A DNA stretch of 60,132 nt, the filler included, from Squatina squatina (lineage: Eukaryota), in assembly GCA_031763465.1 (NCBI GenBank). It is 4 parts of 4 records of this genome, joined end to end, with 100 filler letters (N's around TTAATTAATTAA, not from the genome) between each part and the next. Parts side by side here need not be neighbours in the genome. Positions count along the whole stretch, not along the records: positions 16,179 to 31,048 come from JARFOE010000230.1; positions 31,149 to 44,272 come from JARFOE010000016.1; 2 more parts are not named here. One strand, written 5' to 3'. A program made the translations under genes and the position numbers. Positions 27,116 through 39,020 of this stretch are shown here, piece after piece. The notes under the pieces were generated by a model. The model had not been told where the DNA came from. It saw nothing but the letters and a program-made list of their open reading frames with translations, and did not search any database. Each line of letters opens with the position of its first letter. Within the stretch, counting starts at the first letter, position 1.

Positions 27116-27479
27116 GAGGGTTTGTTAATTTAAATGGACAGAAAATTGGATAGGCAAATTCTCGGTGCGTGATCATCCTTGCGAATATGTTGAAACGTAT
27201 TCCTGCTCTGTGCTGGAACCACAAAAGTGGAAAATTTATCCTAATATAGTTGCTCAACGTCATTGAGCTCAATTTATTTTTGAAGCGATTGGGTAAGCAT
27301 ATTAGTAGCAAAAAGAGAGAAAGGCTTAGAAATATGCCACCAACATCTATAAAGAGAAAAGGCAGGTTAACAGGTCATCAGAGAAAACTGAAAGGCAAAC
27401 AAACATTTTAGCCGGGCTGGAAAAACATTTTGGAAAAGTTGCAGAAAAGCTAGCTTGTCTTTGCGTTTTAATTTCTGTG

Positions 27480-27570
27480 GAAAGGTCCACACTCGAAACA
27501 TTAACCTGTCTTTTCTTTACACAGATGCTGATGGAGTTGTTGTGTATTTCCAGCATTTTCTGTTTTGCCA
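27480..27570 (+). mobile_element. Penelope-like terminal fragment
   Basis: cgaaacattaacctgtc...cacagatgctg...atttccagcattttctgtttt, reverse complement of 12610-12690. Confidence 0.7.
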
Positions 27571-27721
27571 GTACTTGAATGCCAGTTAAGGTTTGGTGTT
27601 ATCAAAAAGATGGCAGGAAAATCACCTCTCTGCTAACATTAATGAGATTAAAAATAAAGCTTTCAAAGTTAAATTTTTGCACTGGTTAGGTTACACTGTA
27701 ATAGATGTGTACTGAGGCTAC

Positions 27722-28138
27722 TTCCTCAAGTGTCAGCACTTCTGCACTTAAATCAGAAGATTGTGGATTCAAGCCATAATCCAGAGACTTGAGCACAAAA
27801 TCAGTGCAGTACTGAGGAAATGGTGCAGTCTTTTGGATGAGATGATAAACCCAAGCCCTGACTGCCCTCTCATGTACATGTAAAAGATCCCTTGGCACTA
27901 CGCAAAGAAGAGCAGGGGAGTTCTGGCCAATATTTATCCCTCACCCAACATCAGTACAACAGATTATCTGGTCATAATCTCATTGCTGTTTGTGGGACTG
28001 TGTTATGTGTAAACTGGCTGTCATGTTTCCTACATTACACCAGTGACTACACTTCAAAAGTGCTTCATTGGCTGTAAAGTGGTTCAGGGTGTCCTGAGGT
28101 CATGAAAGGCGCTATATAAATGGAAGTCACTATTTTTT
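27722..28138 (+). mobile_element. DeuSINE (SacSINE1-like) copy
   Basis: Collinear with 16179-16613: head ggattcaagcc, core tgtaaaagatcccttggcacta...gaagagcaggggag, tail aaaggcgctatataaat. Confidence 0.85.
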
Positions 28139-30481
28139 TCAGAGGCAGTTTCATACTGCTTGGCTAAATTCAACTTAGGCAACTTTGCACACAAATTATA
28201 CTATACATTTTGAATTGGGATGAAGTCTAAACAGCTTTGCATCAACACTAAATGTATTTGTTTTTTAAACATTTTATTTTCTCTGAGTCTTCTTTTGTTG
28301 NNNNNNNNNNNNNNNNNNNNNNNNNNNNNNNNNNNNNNNNNNNNNNNNNNNNNNNNNNNNNNNNNNNNNNNNNNNNNNNNNNNNNNNNNNNNNNNNNNNN
28401 ATTACCTTTCAAAGTATTATTCCAGACAGAGTGTATATCTTAGGACCGTAACATGCGCCCATAATGAATTCAGTGCACAAAAGAAAGGCAAGCAACCAGC
28501 AGCTACCGACTGGAAAAAGGCGACACAAAAAGCTAGTATTTTATGCAAAACAATTGTGAACACAGGCTTGCAAACAAATGTGAAAGTAATCAGTGCGCAC
28601 GTTAAATTTGAAAGAATAGTTAAAAAATTGAAATATTAAATTTGAAGATCATATATATGCAGGCAGAAATATAAGAAAATAGGGTTTTGTAAGTAGCTGT
28701 GTGGTGCACAAATGTTACCTGAGGACTCCAAGCAAAGCAAAAGAAGACAAACAGATCGATCATCATAGCTATAAATGGCCAACAGGGAATATTGCATTAA
28801 GGAAAGGAAATGACAGGTACTCCAGAAACAAACAAAAGCAGACATAATGGTGGATATATATTGTATTCATTAGTATTCGGTTGTGTGGTACTGCTTGCTT
28901 TTGATATTAGGCTACATTTAATATAATTCTTTCAAAATGTCTGAAAAGGACTGGAAATTACAGNNNNNNNNNNNNNNNNNNNNNNNNNNNNNNNNNNNNN
29001 NNNNNNNNNNNNNNNNNNNNNNNNNNATAATGATAAATGTGTCTGTTCTATCCAAGCGAATTTAGACTGCACACTTTCTGTTCTCTTGTGCTGTGAAACA
29101 GTTTCGCTGAAAATGCCAGAAAGAAAGGAAGCTTACTTACTGCCTTTGTAGTCATGGCAACTCAGTGACTGTGGCTTGACTGCTAAGAGTAGCTACATTA
29201 CGTGCACTATAAAATGCATATGTGTTTGGCAGTAATGAAATACTATGTGCTGCATGTTAAATATATGCAATACCCTACCTACAAAATTAACATGCATTTT
29301 TCATCAAACACCTCTCTCGCTGGCACAGCAATAGGAAGAGCAGGCTCCATTATTATACAAAGCCCCAAGATCGTATTTCACATATACTGTCCAATATAAG
29401 CAATGTATTTAAAAAACATTAAAAGCATCTGTGCTATTCTTTTGGTATGTAATTAATATGATTAAGTTTTAGACCTTGTCGGCCAGTGTCAGCAATTAAA
29501 TAAGCACAGAGACCTGCAGCAGTCGCCATACTTTACATCTTCCATTCCTAGCAGCACATATTCCAAGTAAAATTGGTTGCACTGAGGTGTGAATAATAGT
29601 AGTGCTGTGCAGTGTTAATGATAATGGCTGTGCACGGTTCTCTGTGTGAATTCAATGGCAGCCTGTTGCTAATTTAATTACTTAAATTATTATAATATTA
29701 ATGCAAGGCTTTATGTTACTTATAGGAGTAATTACATCTATCAATTATATGGTTTTTATTTAAAGAAAATAGTCAAATGTTTCACTAAAAACAAATGTGC
29801 AAAACAGGAGACTGCCAAAAAGAACATACTGCAAGATAAGCAACGTGATTTTAAATTAGGCAGGTAAATTTTGATCCACGTTTTCCTCATTGTCTTTAAA
29901 CAAATGTCATTTATTGACCCTTTTAGTTCTCTCAGTTGAATTATTGGTCAGAGACTTGCATCCATTTATTCCTTTTTCTGAATGAAGTAACATGTTCCCC
30001 TTGGAGCTTCTATCTGTTATTTTATATTAAATTATTAAGTAAAGAGTATGCATCATCTTTCGTGTTATGAATTTACCTTGCGAACAGTTTTTAGGTCGCA
30101 GATGACATTTCTTATTGACTGGAATCAGATATAGAGAAGCACTGGATTAATTCAGTTGCTAAAGGGAAAAATGATGGCTGGCAAAAATTAGGGTAAACAC
30201 ATAGTGCTGTAAAATGTGAAACTGAGACATCTAAATTCCCCAACATTAGATAGGAACTATGGTAAATCATTCAAGAAAATATAGTCGAGTGTTGTTCATG
30301 TAATTTAAAGCAGCAAGCATCTGTTTTAACACAGGGTATAATTGGTAGCATGATCTAGAGGGAAGGTTGATATTGCTATTTTATCATATGACCTGTAACC
30401 AGCTACTATCACTAATCCTATTCTACTTATCATACAACCTGAGGTTGGTGAATTTTTCAACTTTTAATTGGGAGTCGCTGC

Positions 30482-30672
30482 GGGTAAATTTCACCTTCAA
30501 CACTTGGGCAGTGAAGTGGCACAATGAATCACCCGCCAGTTATAGAACCTGCCCCGTTATCATTTCCAAAATGGAAATTAAAATAAGGCAAGTTCTGTAA
30601 TGGGTGAGCAGTTCACTCCACCAATGCACCATGTACAACCTGTGAAGGTGAAAATTACAGAAAATTACCCCC
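30482..30672. repeat. Fold-back (palindromic) miniature element
   Basis: Nested inverted pairs: tcaccttca/tgaaggtga, tcaccc/gggtga, ttatagaacctgcc/ggcaagttctgtaa, atttcca/tggaaat around a central aaa. Confidence 0.75.
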
Positions 30673-30949
30673 ACTGTATTTACTCATTTTCTATTAAACA
30701 AAAGAAGGCTTTAGCAAAGCTTAAGTTGCGTTGTTTTTGATTTGTCAATGGAGCAGTCATTATGGTGCAAATTGAAAAATAAGCCAGTCAACTGGTGTGT
30801 GTATGTATATGTTTCTCAGAGTCAGTCTTGAGGTGCAGTTACACTGCCACTTGATATTGATGCAAAAAGTAGAAGTGTCAGGACCTGATCTCAAAAACTC
30901 AAGAGAAACAAACTGGATACCAGGAAAAGACACAGCGGGAGATGTGAGC

Positions 30950-31048
30950 GAAGACAAATCTATCACAAAATGTATATGAATGAATACTAGAAGCATGAGA
31001 AATAAGGTGCTGGAACTGGAGGCTATTGTGGGAGGAGACAACTATGAT
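30950..31048 (+). mobile_element. CR1 ORF2 endonuclease N-terminal fragment
   Basis: KCI*MNTRSMRNKVLELEAIVGGDNYD resembles the CxYxNARSxxNKxxEL start of CR1 AP-endonuclease. Confidence 0.65.
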
Positions 31049-31148
31049 NNNNNNNNNNNNNNNNNNNNNNNNNNNNNNNNNNNNNNNNNNNNTTAATTAA
31101 TTAANNNNNNNNNNNNNNNNNNNNNNNNNNNNNNNNNNNNNNNNNNNN
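31049..31148. other. Artificial scaffold spacer (44 N + TTAATTAATTAA + 44 N)
   Basis: Identical to the spacer at 16079. Confidence 0.95.
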
Positions 31149-31382
31149 GGCCTTTGTAGCACATCAGTGTTCCGCGAGCATCCACGGAGCGCTGGTGTCC
31201 GAAGCGCAATGCTGACCTCTTCAGCGCCGCGTTGGGCGCAGTGCCTCGAGACCGCTCCGCTTCATTTCCAGGGCGGTGAGCCCAATATTTCACCGGGGGC
31301 GGGATTTCCGGGGCTGACGCTAAACGCTGCAGCCCCGGAGAGTTACCGCCCCAAGCGGGGTGATGGGCAATTTCGCGGCCCA
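31149..31382. mobile_element. CpG-rich repeat right end
   Basis: Very CpG-rich, ends gggcaatttcgcggccc, at a scaffold start. Confidence 0.5.
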
Positions 31383-32150
31383 GTAGTTTTAACAAATATG
31401 CATTTCTCAATCTAACCTGTAAAAGTAGAGCAGCTGACAGACTAGGATTTGTCAACAACAAAATACTGATAGAGGGATGAGCACAAATCCTGGCCAGAAA
31501 TCTAAGCTTATCTGAATTCAGCAGTTAAGCCAAAACTGAGCTTTGGTGGAATTTTCTCGACATAAAATAACTCCAAACTCAACCAAGTAACACAAAAAAT
31601 GGGAGCAAAGCCAAGTTTTGTCTTGCATTTCTTTTTTAGAAAGCAATGATGTCCAGATTGAATTCCAAATGTGATGGGCAGAAGTCATTTCAGATCAGAA
31701 TAAAGCTTGGTTGACATCTCTAAGCTAATAACAATAAAATGACTCAAGATAAACAGTACACGATAACAGCATACATTGAATTGAATGTATTAGAGGGGGT
31801 GGAGAAAATACAAAGCAACTAATTCTGCAATTGTGACAATAGCACCACAGTAGACTAGTAATCAAAAAATAGGTAAAATGGAAAAAGAATACTCGCAGGC
31901 AATCTGGCTGACAATCCATGAATTTAAAATGTTAAAATATGCATTCAACCAGATTTCCCCCCGCCCGACCACCTTCCAAATGTTTCTTTCTCATAAATAA
32001 ATGTTTGAAAATGGAACACTGTGAGAAACAAACTTGTCCATGGCTACAGTCAACAACTTTCTATGATAGGTCAAGAGACAATTATTCAATTCAAGTGAAT
32101 TAAGAAGTGCCAGTATTTATCTCTGCTTCGAAGTGCCTCAACTGCAATAA

Positions 32151-32766
32151 TGGCCCTGAAATTGCGATCTCCCCAGGTGGGAACAATGGGGAGACATCGC
32201 AAAAGCCAGTTATGGGGCTGTTCATCGTAAGCCCTCAAAACCGGCATTTGCGATCGGTCAAGAATCTTCTTGACAGCTCCAATGCTGAGGCTGCGGAGCT
32301 GATCCTCAGTGCTGAGCTTTGCAAGATTTTTGCAATACTTGCGCTGTGGATCTCTTTCAAGTTNNNNNNNNNNNNNNNNNNNNNNNNNNNNNNNNNNNNN
32401 NNNNNNNNNNNNNNNNNNNNNNNNNNNNNNNNNNNNNNNNNNNNNNNNNNNNNNNNNNNNNNNTGGTCCGGTTGCCGACGTCCCTGATGGCCCAGTGTTG
32501 GGCCGCGGGGCGCTGTCAGGATGGCCGGTGGCCCTCCCCTTTAAGGGAGGCCTGGCAGTGCTGCTGATATTAGCGCGCTGTGTGCTGACCTGGTGCTTCT
32601 GACATTGCTGCCGTGGCGCTCAAGCCACGCCAGCGGTGTAAGAAGGTAGCCTCCCCAGTTGCGTGCGGGATGAATTCCGCGGGGAACGGGGCAGGAGCCG
32701 GCGCGAGAAATGCCAGCTCCCACCCCGTGAGCGCCCCAATAGGTCGCAAATCAATTTCAGCCCCCA
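32151..32766. mobile_element. Non-autonomous DNA transposon ends (Harbinger-like, tentative) spanning a gap
   Basis: Left ggccctgaaattg and right caatttcagcccc are inverted; left part shares tcgtaagcc...ttg(c/t)gatc...ttgacag with 54235-54330. Confidence 0.6.
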
Positions 32767-35457
32767 TGTCTTTCAGTGTAACATTTTGGATGAATCGTAA
32801 AGGCAACATTGTGCAGACGATCAACTGTATTTAAATAATTATCTTATAATCCCTAGACTTCCCCTGGGTTTAGGCAACCTTGGGACAACCTGCCACTTTA
32901 TTTGAATAAATTCCTTTTCTCTCATAAAAGAAACACACTTTTGTTACACTCTAGTTATTTCGGATTTTCACTAGCTCCAACAAGATGTGAAGAAAAACTG
33001 GTACGGAAAGTTAGCCTGGAAAATGAAGCAAAGGCATAGAAGGGACGAAGGGCAAACTGGGAAATGGAATTATTTATTTGCACTGAACAAGATTTGCATC
33101 TGAATAGTTTAAACACAAATGGGCAAAACTGCAGCTGATGCGACTGACTTGAAACAAGTGGATATCATTGTACTGAAGTACCAGTGGAAAAAATACAGGG
33201 ACAAAAGTCATTGGATATGGCCTCTCATCAATGAACAACCCTTTGAACCTCATGCATTAGGTCTAATTAAAAATACAAAATATTTTACGTCATTGTGTTG
33301 CTAGACGGACCAAAATAATGATTACAATACTGAATTCTCCCTTCAGGACAGTAGAAATGAACAATTCTATGTATGTCTGTTGACTTTTTAACAAATAAGA
33401 GCAATATTAAGCAGAAATGTGCTTTCATACAGGTGGGTTTGAGGTCACACACAGGGATTTGGCACTTTTCCCATAAGTACTAAGTCTAAAAGGGCACCTA
33501 CAGTAAGGACCTTTATGGATTAGTGTGCAAAATTCATGAATACATTAAATATAATTTGCATATAAATGAGCTAATATTTCAGCTCTGGAACATAAATGAG
33601 ATTTTGAACAGTAGAAACAGGACAAAAGTCAATCCTTTATTGCAATTCTGTGAACTGCTTTAATATTTTCATAATGCTGTAAGAGAAATGCACATTTAAG
33701 TCAACCATTATGCAAGAAGTAGTGTGAAATATTTTCTGGACATGTCCCATTAATTTAACTTAATGCTGGTATGAGTGTAGCATTCAATCTATTATAAGGT
33801 GATACAAAACTGATTGATAAGGCAACACTTTTGCAAATGTTTGCAATTAATGTTGGTAAATGAATCATGACAAGTGCTGAATTATGAGTTCACTTTTTGG
33901 CACTTTAATTATTGCCCCCGTTCACTTATCCTTCACCCATGTCATATGGTTTGCTGTGCTTTCCCCCCCAGATGCATAAACTGCCTTCAATGGTTTTGGG
34001 ATATACCNNNNNNNNNNNNNNNNNNNNNNNNNNNNNNNNNNNNNNNNNNNNNNNNNNNNNNNNNNNNNNNNNNNNNNNNNNNNNNNNNNNNNNNNNNNNN
34101 NNNNNNNTTACATTTTTTGATAACTGTTCCAGATCAGGTCTCAAAGTGTATGTAATGATATTAAACAGCTGTCAAGTTGCATGTGTCAAAAATGATCAAA
34201 AGAAATGCTACCGACATTCTTTTTTACTCACAAGAATGCAAATTCATTTTTTTCTCACTTCTGACATCTTATTTTTGAAACAAAAACTGCAATATGGCAT
34301 ATAAAAGCCTGCAGAAACTCTGTTCTTACTCTCGGTAATTTCGACTGACTACCAAGGCTGAAAGCTGCAGTTTCAAGTGGCCAACTCCATTTTAAAGTAA
34401 TGTTGGCTTCTACCAACATGAATGCATTTACTTCAATAGATTGTGAATGCTCAAAAAGTATCCAATATACACCTCCAGGTATGATTAGATTTAAAAGCCA
34501 GTAAATAAATGACACATCTGAATGACACTGCAATGTTCTACATTGCAGTAATATAGAATGCAGTGCTCAAAAGGAAAAAAATCCTTATCATGCCTTTTTC
34601 AGACTTTCATTCTTTACAGGGCGCCAAGCTGAAAACAGACAAAATGTGCCTCTCACTTACCCTCCCTCTTTGCAATCATTCACCACTATATATATATTTT
34701 AAGCTTGGAAAGGAGATGAACAGATCCTAAATGCCTCCCTAATTTGTGTAGAGGAGCAGATGTCTCAAATTCTGTGAACTGGGGAAATCTTTTCAAAGGG
34801 ATATACTTTCTGAGGAAAATGACACCAATTCATTAAATCTCATTATGTGATTCCTTATTGCAACAGTACATACAACAGCCAGAAATAATCAGCCAGTTCA
34901 GGAATTAGTTCATCTTTACCACTTATCTCAATATTTTGTTTCGGTCCAAGAAATGTGGATCAGATGTGGGACAGGTGGAGCATTGCAGTAAGACCAGAAA
35001 TGCACCAATGGCTTTTACATGTTTTTCCCTTAGGAATCTGTACAATGAGTAATAGTCTTTGTAAAAACATTTTGCTACACACACAATTTTTCACCATCAA
35101 TATCCTGCATAACAAAACCCTTTCTCATCCACACTCTATGAACAGCTGTTTTAGGAATATATTATTGTGTTGCACATCTTAATGATGTTTGTAACCATGG
35201 AGATTAATATGTTTCTTCGGTGATTCATAAGAAAATTCTTATTGATCTGGGACCACTTCATAACAATTACTCACACCATCTGCTTCATTACTTTAATGGA
35301 AGCATCACTCCAGTATGAATTTAGTATGTGCACACAAGACTGCAATGTCACCTGGGGNNNNNNNNNNNNNNNNNNNNNNNNNNNNNNNNNNNNNNNNNNN
35401 NNNNNNNNNNNNNNNNNNNNNNNNNNNNNNNNNNNNNNNNNNNNNNNNNNNNNNNNN

Positions 35458-35772
35458 GATGACCCTTCGTCAGAACTGGAAAAAGTTAGAATTGTTGCAG
35501 GTTTTCAGGCAAGTGCAGGGTCAGGGAAAGGGGGGAGGGGGAGGAAAGAATATCTGTGATAGGGTGGAAGGTAGAAAAGATTAAGGGACATTAAGAGATG
35601 GCGCAAGGCAAAGGGAAATGGTGATGGGCAAGTTAAGAAATAAAAGATGTGACTGAATAGGGTGTATATGGGGAATACAACAGCCATTCAAGGGAAACAA
35701 AAGTCGAAAATAACTAAATGTATTAAAAAATAGGGCAGAGGTTATTGTCTGAAATGGCTGAACTCTATGTAT
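35458..35772 (-). mobile_element. Penelope-like element 3' UTR/terminus
   Basis: gatgacccttcgtcagaactgg...caggttttcaggcaagtgcagggtcaggg is the reverse complement of 13050-13175; ends in the reverse of the ORF end (gcagaggttat..tctgaaat..tgaactc). Confidence 0.78.
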
Positions 35773-36399
35773 TAGTGAAAGCGTGGCACTAGTTCCAATA
35801 AAGGGAACGCAGAGCAACAAAAATAAAAAGTCAGAGAGGGGATGGAAGAAGAAACAAAAAAAAAAGGAAGGAAAGCCTTTTGGAACTCCTTTAAAAGCTA
35901 ATCGTCTTTAACAAAAAAAACAATATACACAAGGATAGACTTATCCAACAGATGCTGAGCTCTTGCACTGCTTCACAGCTTCAGATAGTGCTCGATAACT
36001 GTGTTAACAGCCTTTCTGTGTCACTTAATTTGCTTCCTATTGTTTAATTATTAGGTGGGTAATTAGTGCTCCTGGCCAAAACAAATAGCACAAGTGGTGT
36101 TTCTGGTGCTCAGTTTATGTGAAAAGTTAGCAATTTGGAGAGATTCTGATAACAGCACCAAGACTGAAATAATGTGAAAAGCTCAACTCTCCACTAAAGC
36201 AATCCTCTGTTCATACATCTGAGAGTGTTACAAATGATTATATAGCCCTAATAGCAAAATATGATATTTATTCCCAGGATAACTACCAATCTGTACAGTT
36301 GCATTTAGTTTCCAAACACCTCATAAATGGAAAAAATAATGTCAGCCTGTATATTTTCAAAATGCTCCATATTTATATACTTAAAATGCTTCAAATTTC

Positions 36400-36535
36400 A
36401 AATTTCCTTGGGGCTTCTCCTAACCGACTGCCATAACTTTGATGGAAATCCCATTTAAGTATCTACCTGGGGTTTCTGCCGATCATCTGCCAAAACTGCA
36501 GTGGTCAATCGGGAGAGCCCATGAGGAAATTCCCA
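36400..36535. repeat. Fold-back miniature element, degenerate
   Basis: aatttccttggggcttctcc pairs with ggagagcccatgaggaaatt. Confidence 0.55.
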
Positions 36536-36547
36536 GTGCATGCGTTT

Positions 36548-37340
36548 TAGAATCATAGATTGTAACAGCACAGAAACAGGCCATTTGACCCATTAAGTCT
36601 ATGCTGGGTTTCTTTCCAGTCACCTAATCTGATCCCACTCTTCTGTTTGCAATCCGTACTTCATATTTCTCTTTCTTAGAAACAAATTACTATTTGAAAG
36701 GCTTATGGACTCTGCTTCAACAGTTATAGCAGAGAATTAACATTCTACCTACCTTCTGCGTGAAGGTTTCTTTTCTCACTCTCCTTGAATTCTTCTTTTG
36801 TAATTATCTGAAATTTGTACCCTCTTGTTACTGTGTCCCCAACCAACAGAAACAATCTTTTAACGTATTATAACCCTTCATGATCTTGAAAATCTCTGCC
36901 AGATTGCCCTTCATCTTCTCAATCCTAGTCAAAAATGCCCTAATTTTCAAGTCTCTTCATAACTCTAACCTTTCATCTTTTAAGTATATGCTGTTTCTTT
37001 TCTATTGCTTTTATATCTTACCTATAATGAGGTGCCAAAACTGTACACAGTGGTCCAGTTGTGGCTTGAGGTCTCATAAGTTCAATATCACCTCTCCTTG
37101 TTTTTGTACTGTGTGCCTCCAGATACAACGTTTTTCTTGTTTGCCTTTGTATGGGTTTATCTATTTGTGCTACCAATTACCTGTGCATCTGTACACCAAG
37201 GGCCATGTGCTTCCCTTATCAATTTAAAATGTTGACACTTAAAGTGCATTTTACTTCCTTATTCTTACTTTCAAAATACATCAACATTTTTCTGCCCTAA
37301 ATTGAATCAGTCACCGATCTGCCAACCCTGAGAGCCTATT
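36548..37340 (-). mobile_element. Old CR1 LINE 3' portion
   Basis: Starts with the reversed tail tagaatcatag...aggccattt; ccaaaactgtacacagtggtccagttgtggc is the reverse of the PQLxHCVQFW motif. Confidence 0.72.
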
Positions 37341-38809
37341 ATATCCTCCGGCAGTCTTTCTCAATTTGTCACAACCAACCACACCCGCCCGCCCCACCAA
37401 AACCCCAATTCATAACTGCAGCTAAGTTTTATATAGGTTTCATTGTGCATTGTGTTTTTACTTATTGCATTAATGTTTATTTTATTCAAGATTGAAAGCA
37501 GTTTTGATGCCGTAAACAAAGGAAGGAATTGATGAACTTGTAACATCAGTCTGTTGGTGCTTAGAACATCAAGGAGATGGCAAAACACTTAGTTAGGAAA
37601 ATGGAAAGTGTAAATACCATTCAGCCAAACGAGAACATTCTTTCCATGGACTGTGTACAATATTCTCTCTTGTGGACTTCATTTAATCCCCCTGTAAATT
37701 GACCAAAATTCCAGAACATTTCTGTGACCTTACATCTTGCGTACATGACTGTTTAACTTCCTTGGCCTGACTTTCAGTGGCAGCAACTTAAAGTTTCATA
37801 CAACAGCAGGAATTCCAAAAATTGAATTGTCAGGAAGTTTGTGAACATAGGAGCAGTTTCCTGGTAACACTTTCAGGCAGGAGATGATCTTCAGTCCATC
37901 TAGACCACCTATCCACAGTATTGCCTTGGTGCATTTCTAATAATTCTTTTTGACAGTTACGGATAATTTTTACCATTGTGTTTTGATGCCAATTTTAGTG
38001 GTTTACAGATTTAAACTTTCTGCAATGCATTGCAACAATAAAATGTAGTTGTTGCATAGCCGATAATTATGCATTTATTAATCCTCTCGACCTACCGCGG
38101 CGATTGCACTTTTGGTGTCTTTGGTGCTGTGTTTCTGGTGCCACCTGCCTGCTGCTAGATTATCAAGGATTTAAGAGTCCTACATGCGCTTGTCAATTGG
38201 CTCACCTCCTGTCAGCAAGTGAAATTCCTTGTTTTCACCATCCACGTGACCCAACATGAATGCAGGTTTTCCATACACTTTGATCTTGCTAACCCAGAAG
38301 TTAACAAATCCGACATTTTGTTTCTGCTGCGTGCTCATCACAGCATGTGCACAGACTTTTGATACATTTTTGTTCTGGCTCCCCTGAGCAAGTGTAATTC
38401 ATTATTTTCAGCACATGTTCATCATTGCTTGCTTGCATCTATATCTTTCATGGTTTTAAAAGCTTAGATCATGCTCCCTTCTCAATTTTCTCCAATGAAA
38501 ACAAATTCAGTTCTATGATTCATTCTTCATACTTAGAGCTTCTTGTCACTCTTTTCACCCAAGGGCTGATTTTACAAAATTGGGAAGCTGAATTTTGGAA
38601 AGCCAGACAGACATTGCATTCAGAGAACTTTTCAATTTTTATTATAATTAAGGACAGATAAAGAGAGTATGCAGTTTGATCCAGTGAGTGGAAATTTAGA
38701 TGTGAGGAGTGAGCTTCATGATCTGGATTACCAGCACAGCATGTGGTGTGGTTTCAAAAATAGTTTGTATTAAATATACTGGATGCATGAGGCAGATTAA
38801 AGCGCAGGC

Positions 38810-39020
38810 CTATGATGGCTGTTCTGGTCTCCTCACATTGTGGGTGATATTGAGGCTTTGCAAAGGGTGCAAGGAGGGTCACTAGAATAATTCCCAGTTT
38901 AACGTATCATAGTTATCAAGGTAAGCTAAAAGAGGTGGGACTCTACACTTCAGAGAAGTGTAGACTTAGAGGTCATCTAGTTGAGGTTTATAAGATAATG
39001 AGGGGAATAGATTGTGTTAC
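38810..39020 (+). mobile_element. CR1 LINE fragment
   Basis: FWSP...DIEALQRVQ and GLYTSEKCRLRGHLVEVYKIMRGID motifs. Confidence 0.8.

Noticed and set aside
29549-29615. TAGCAGCACATA, identical to the start of miR-15a
   Set aside because: Match ends after 12 nt and the flanks form only a weak, bulged stem, unlike a miR-15/16 precursor; no clustered partner miRNA seen.
38206-38383. Minus-strand open frame (GSQNKNVSKVCAH...KEFHLLTG) ending at a G|gtgag donor
   Set aside because: Poor polypyrimidine tract, no recognisable protein similarity and no companion exons in the scaffold.
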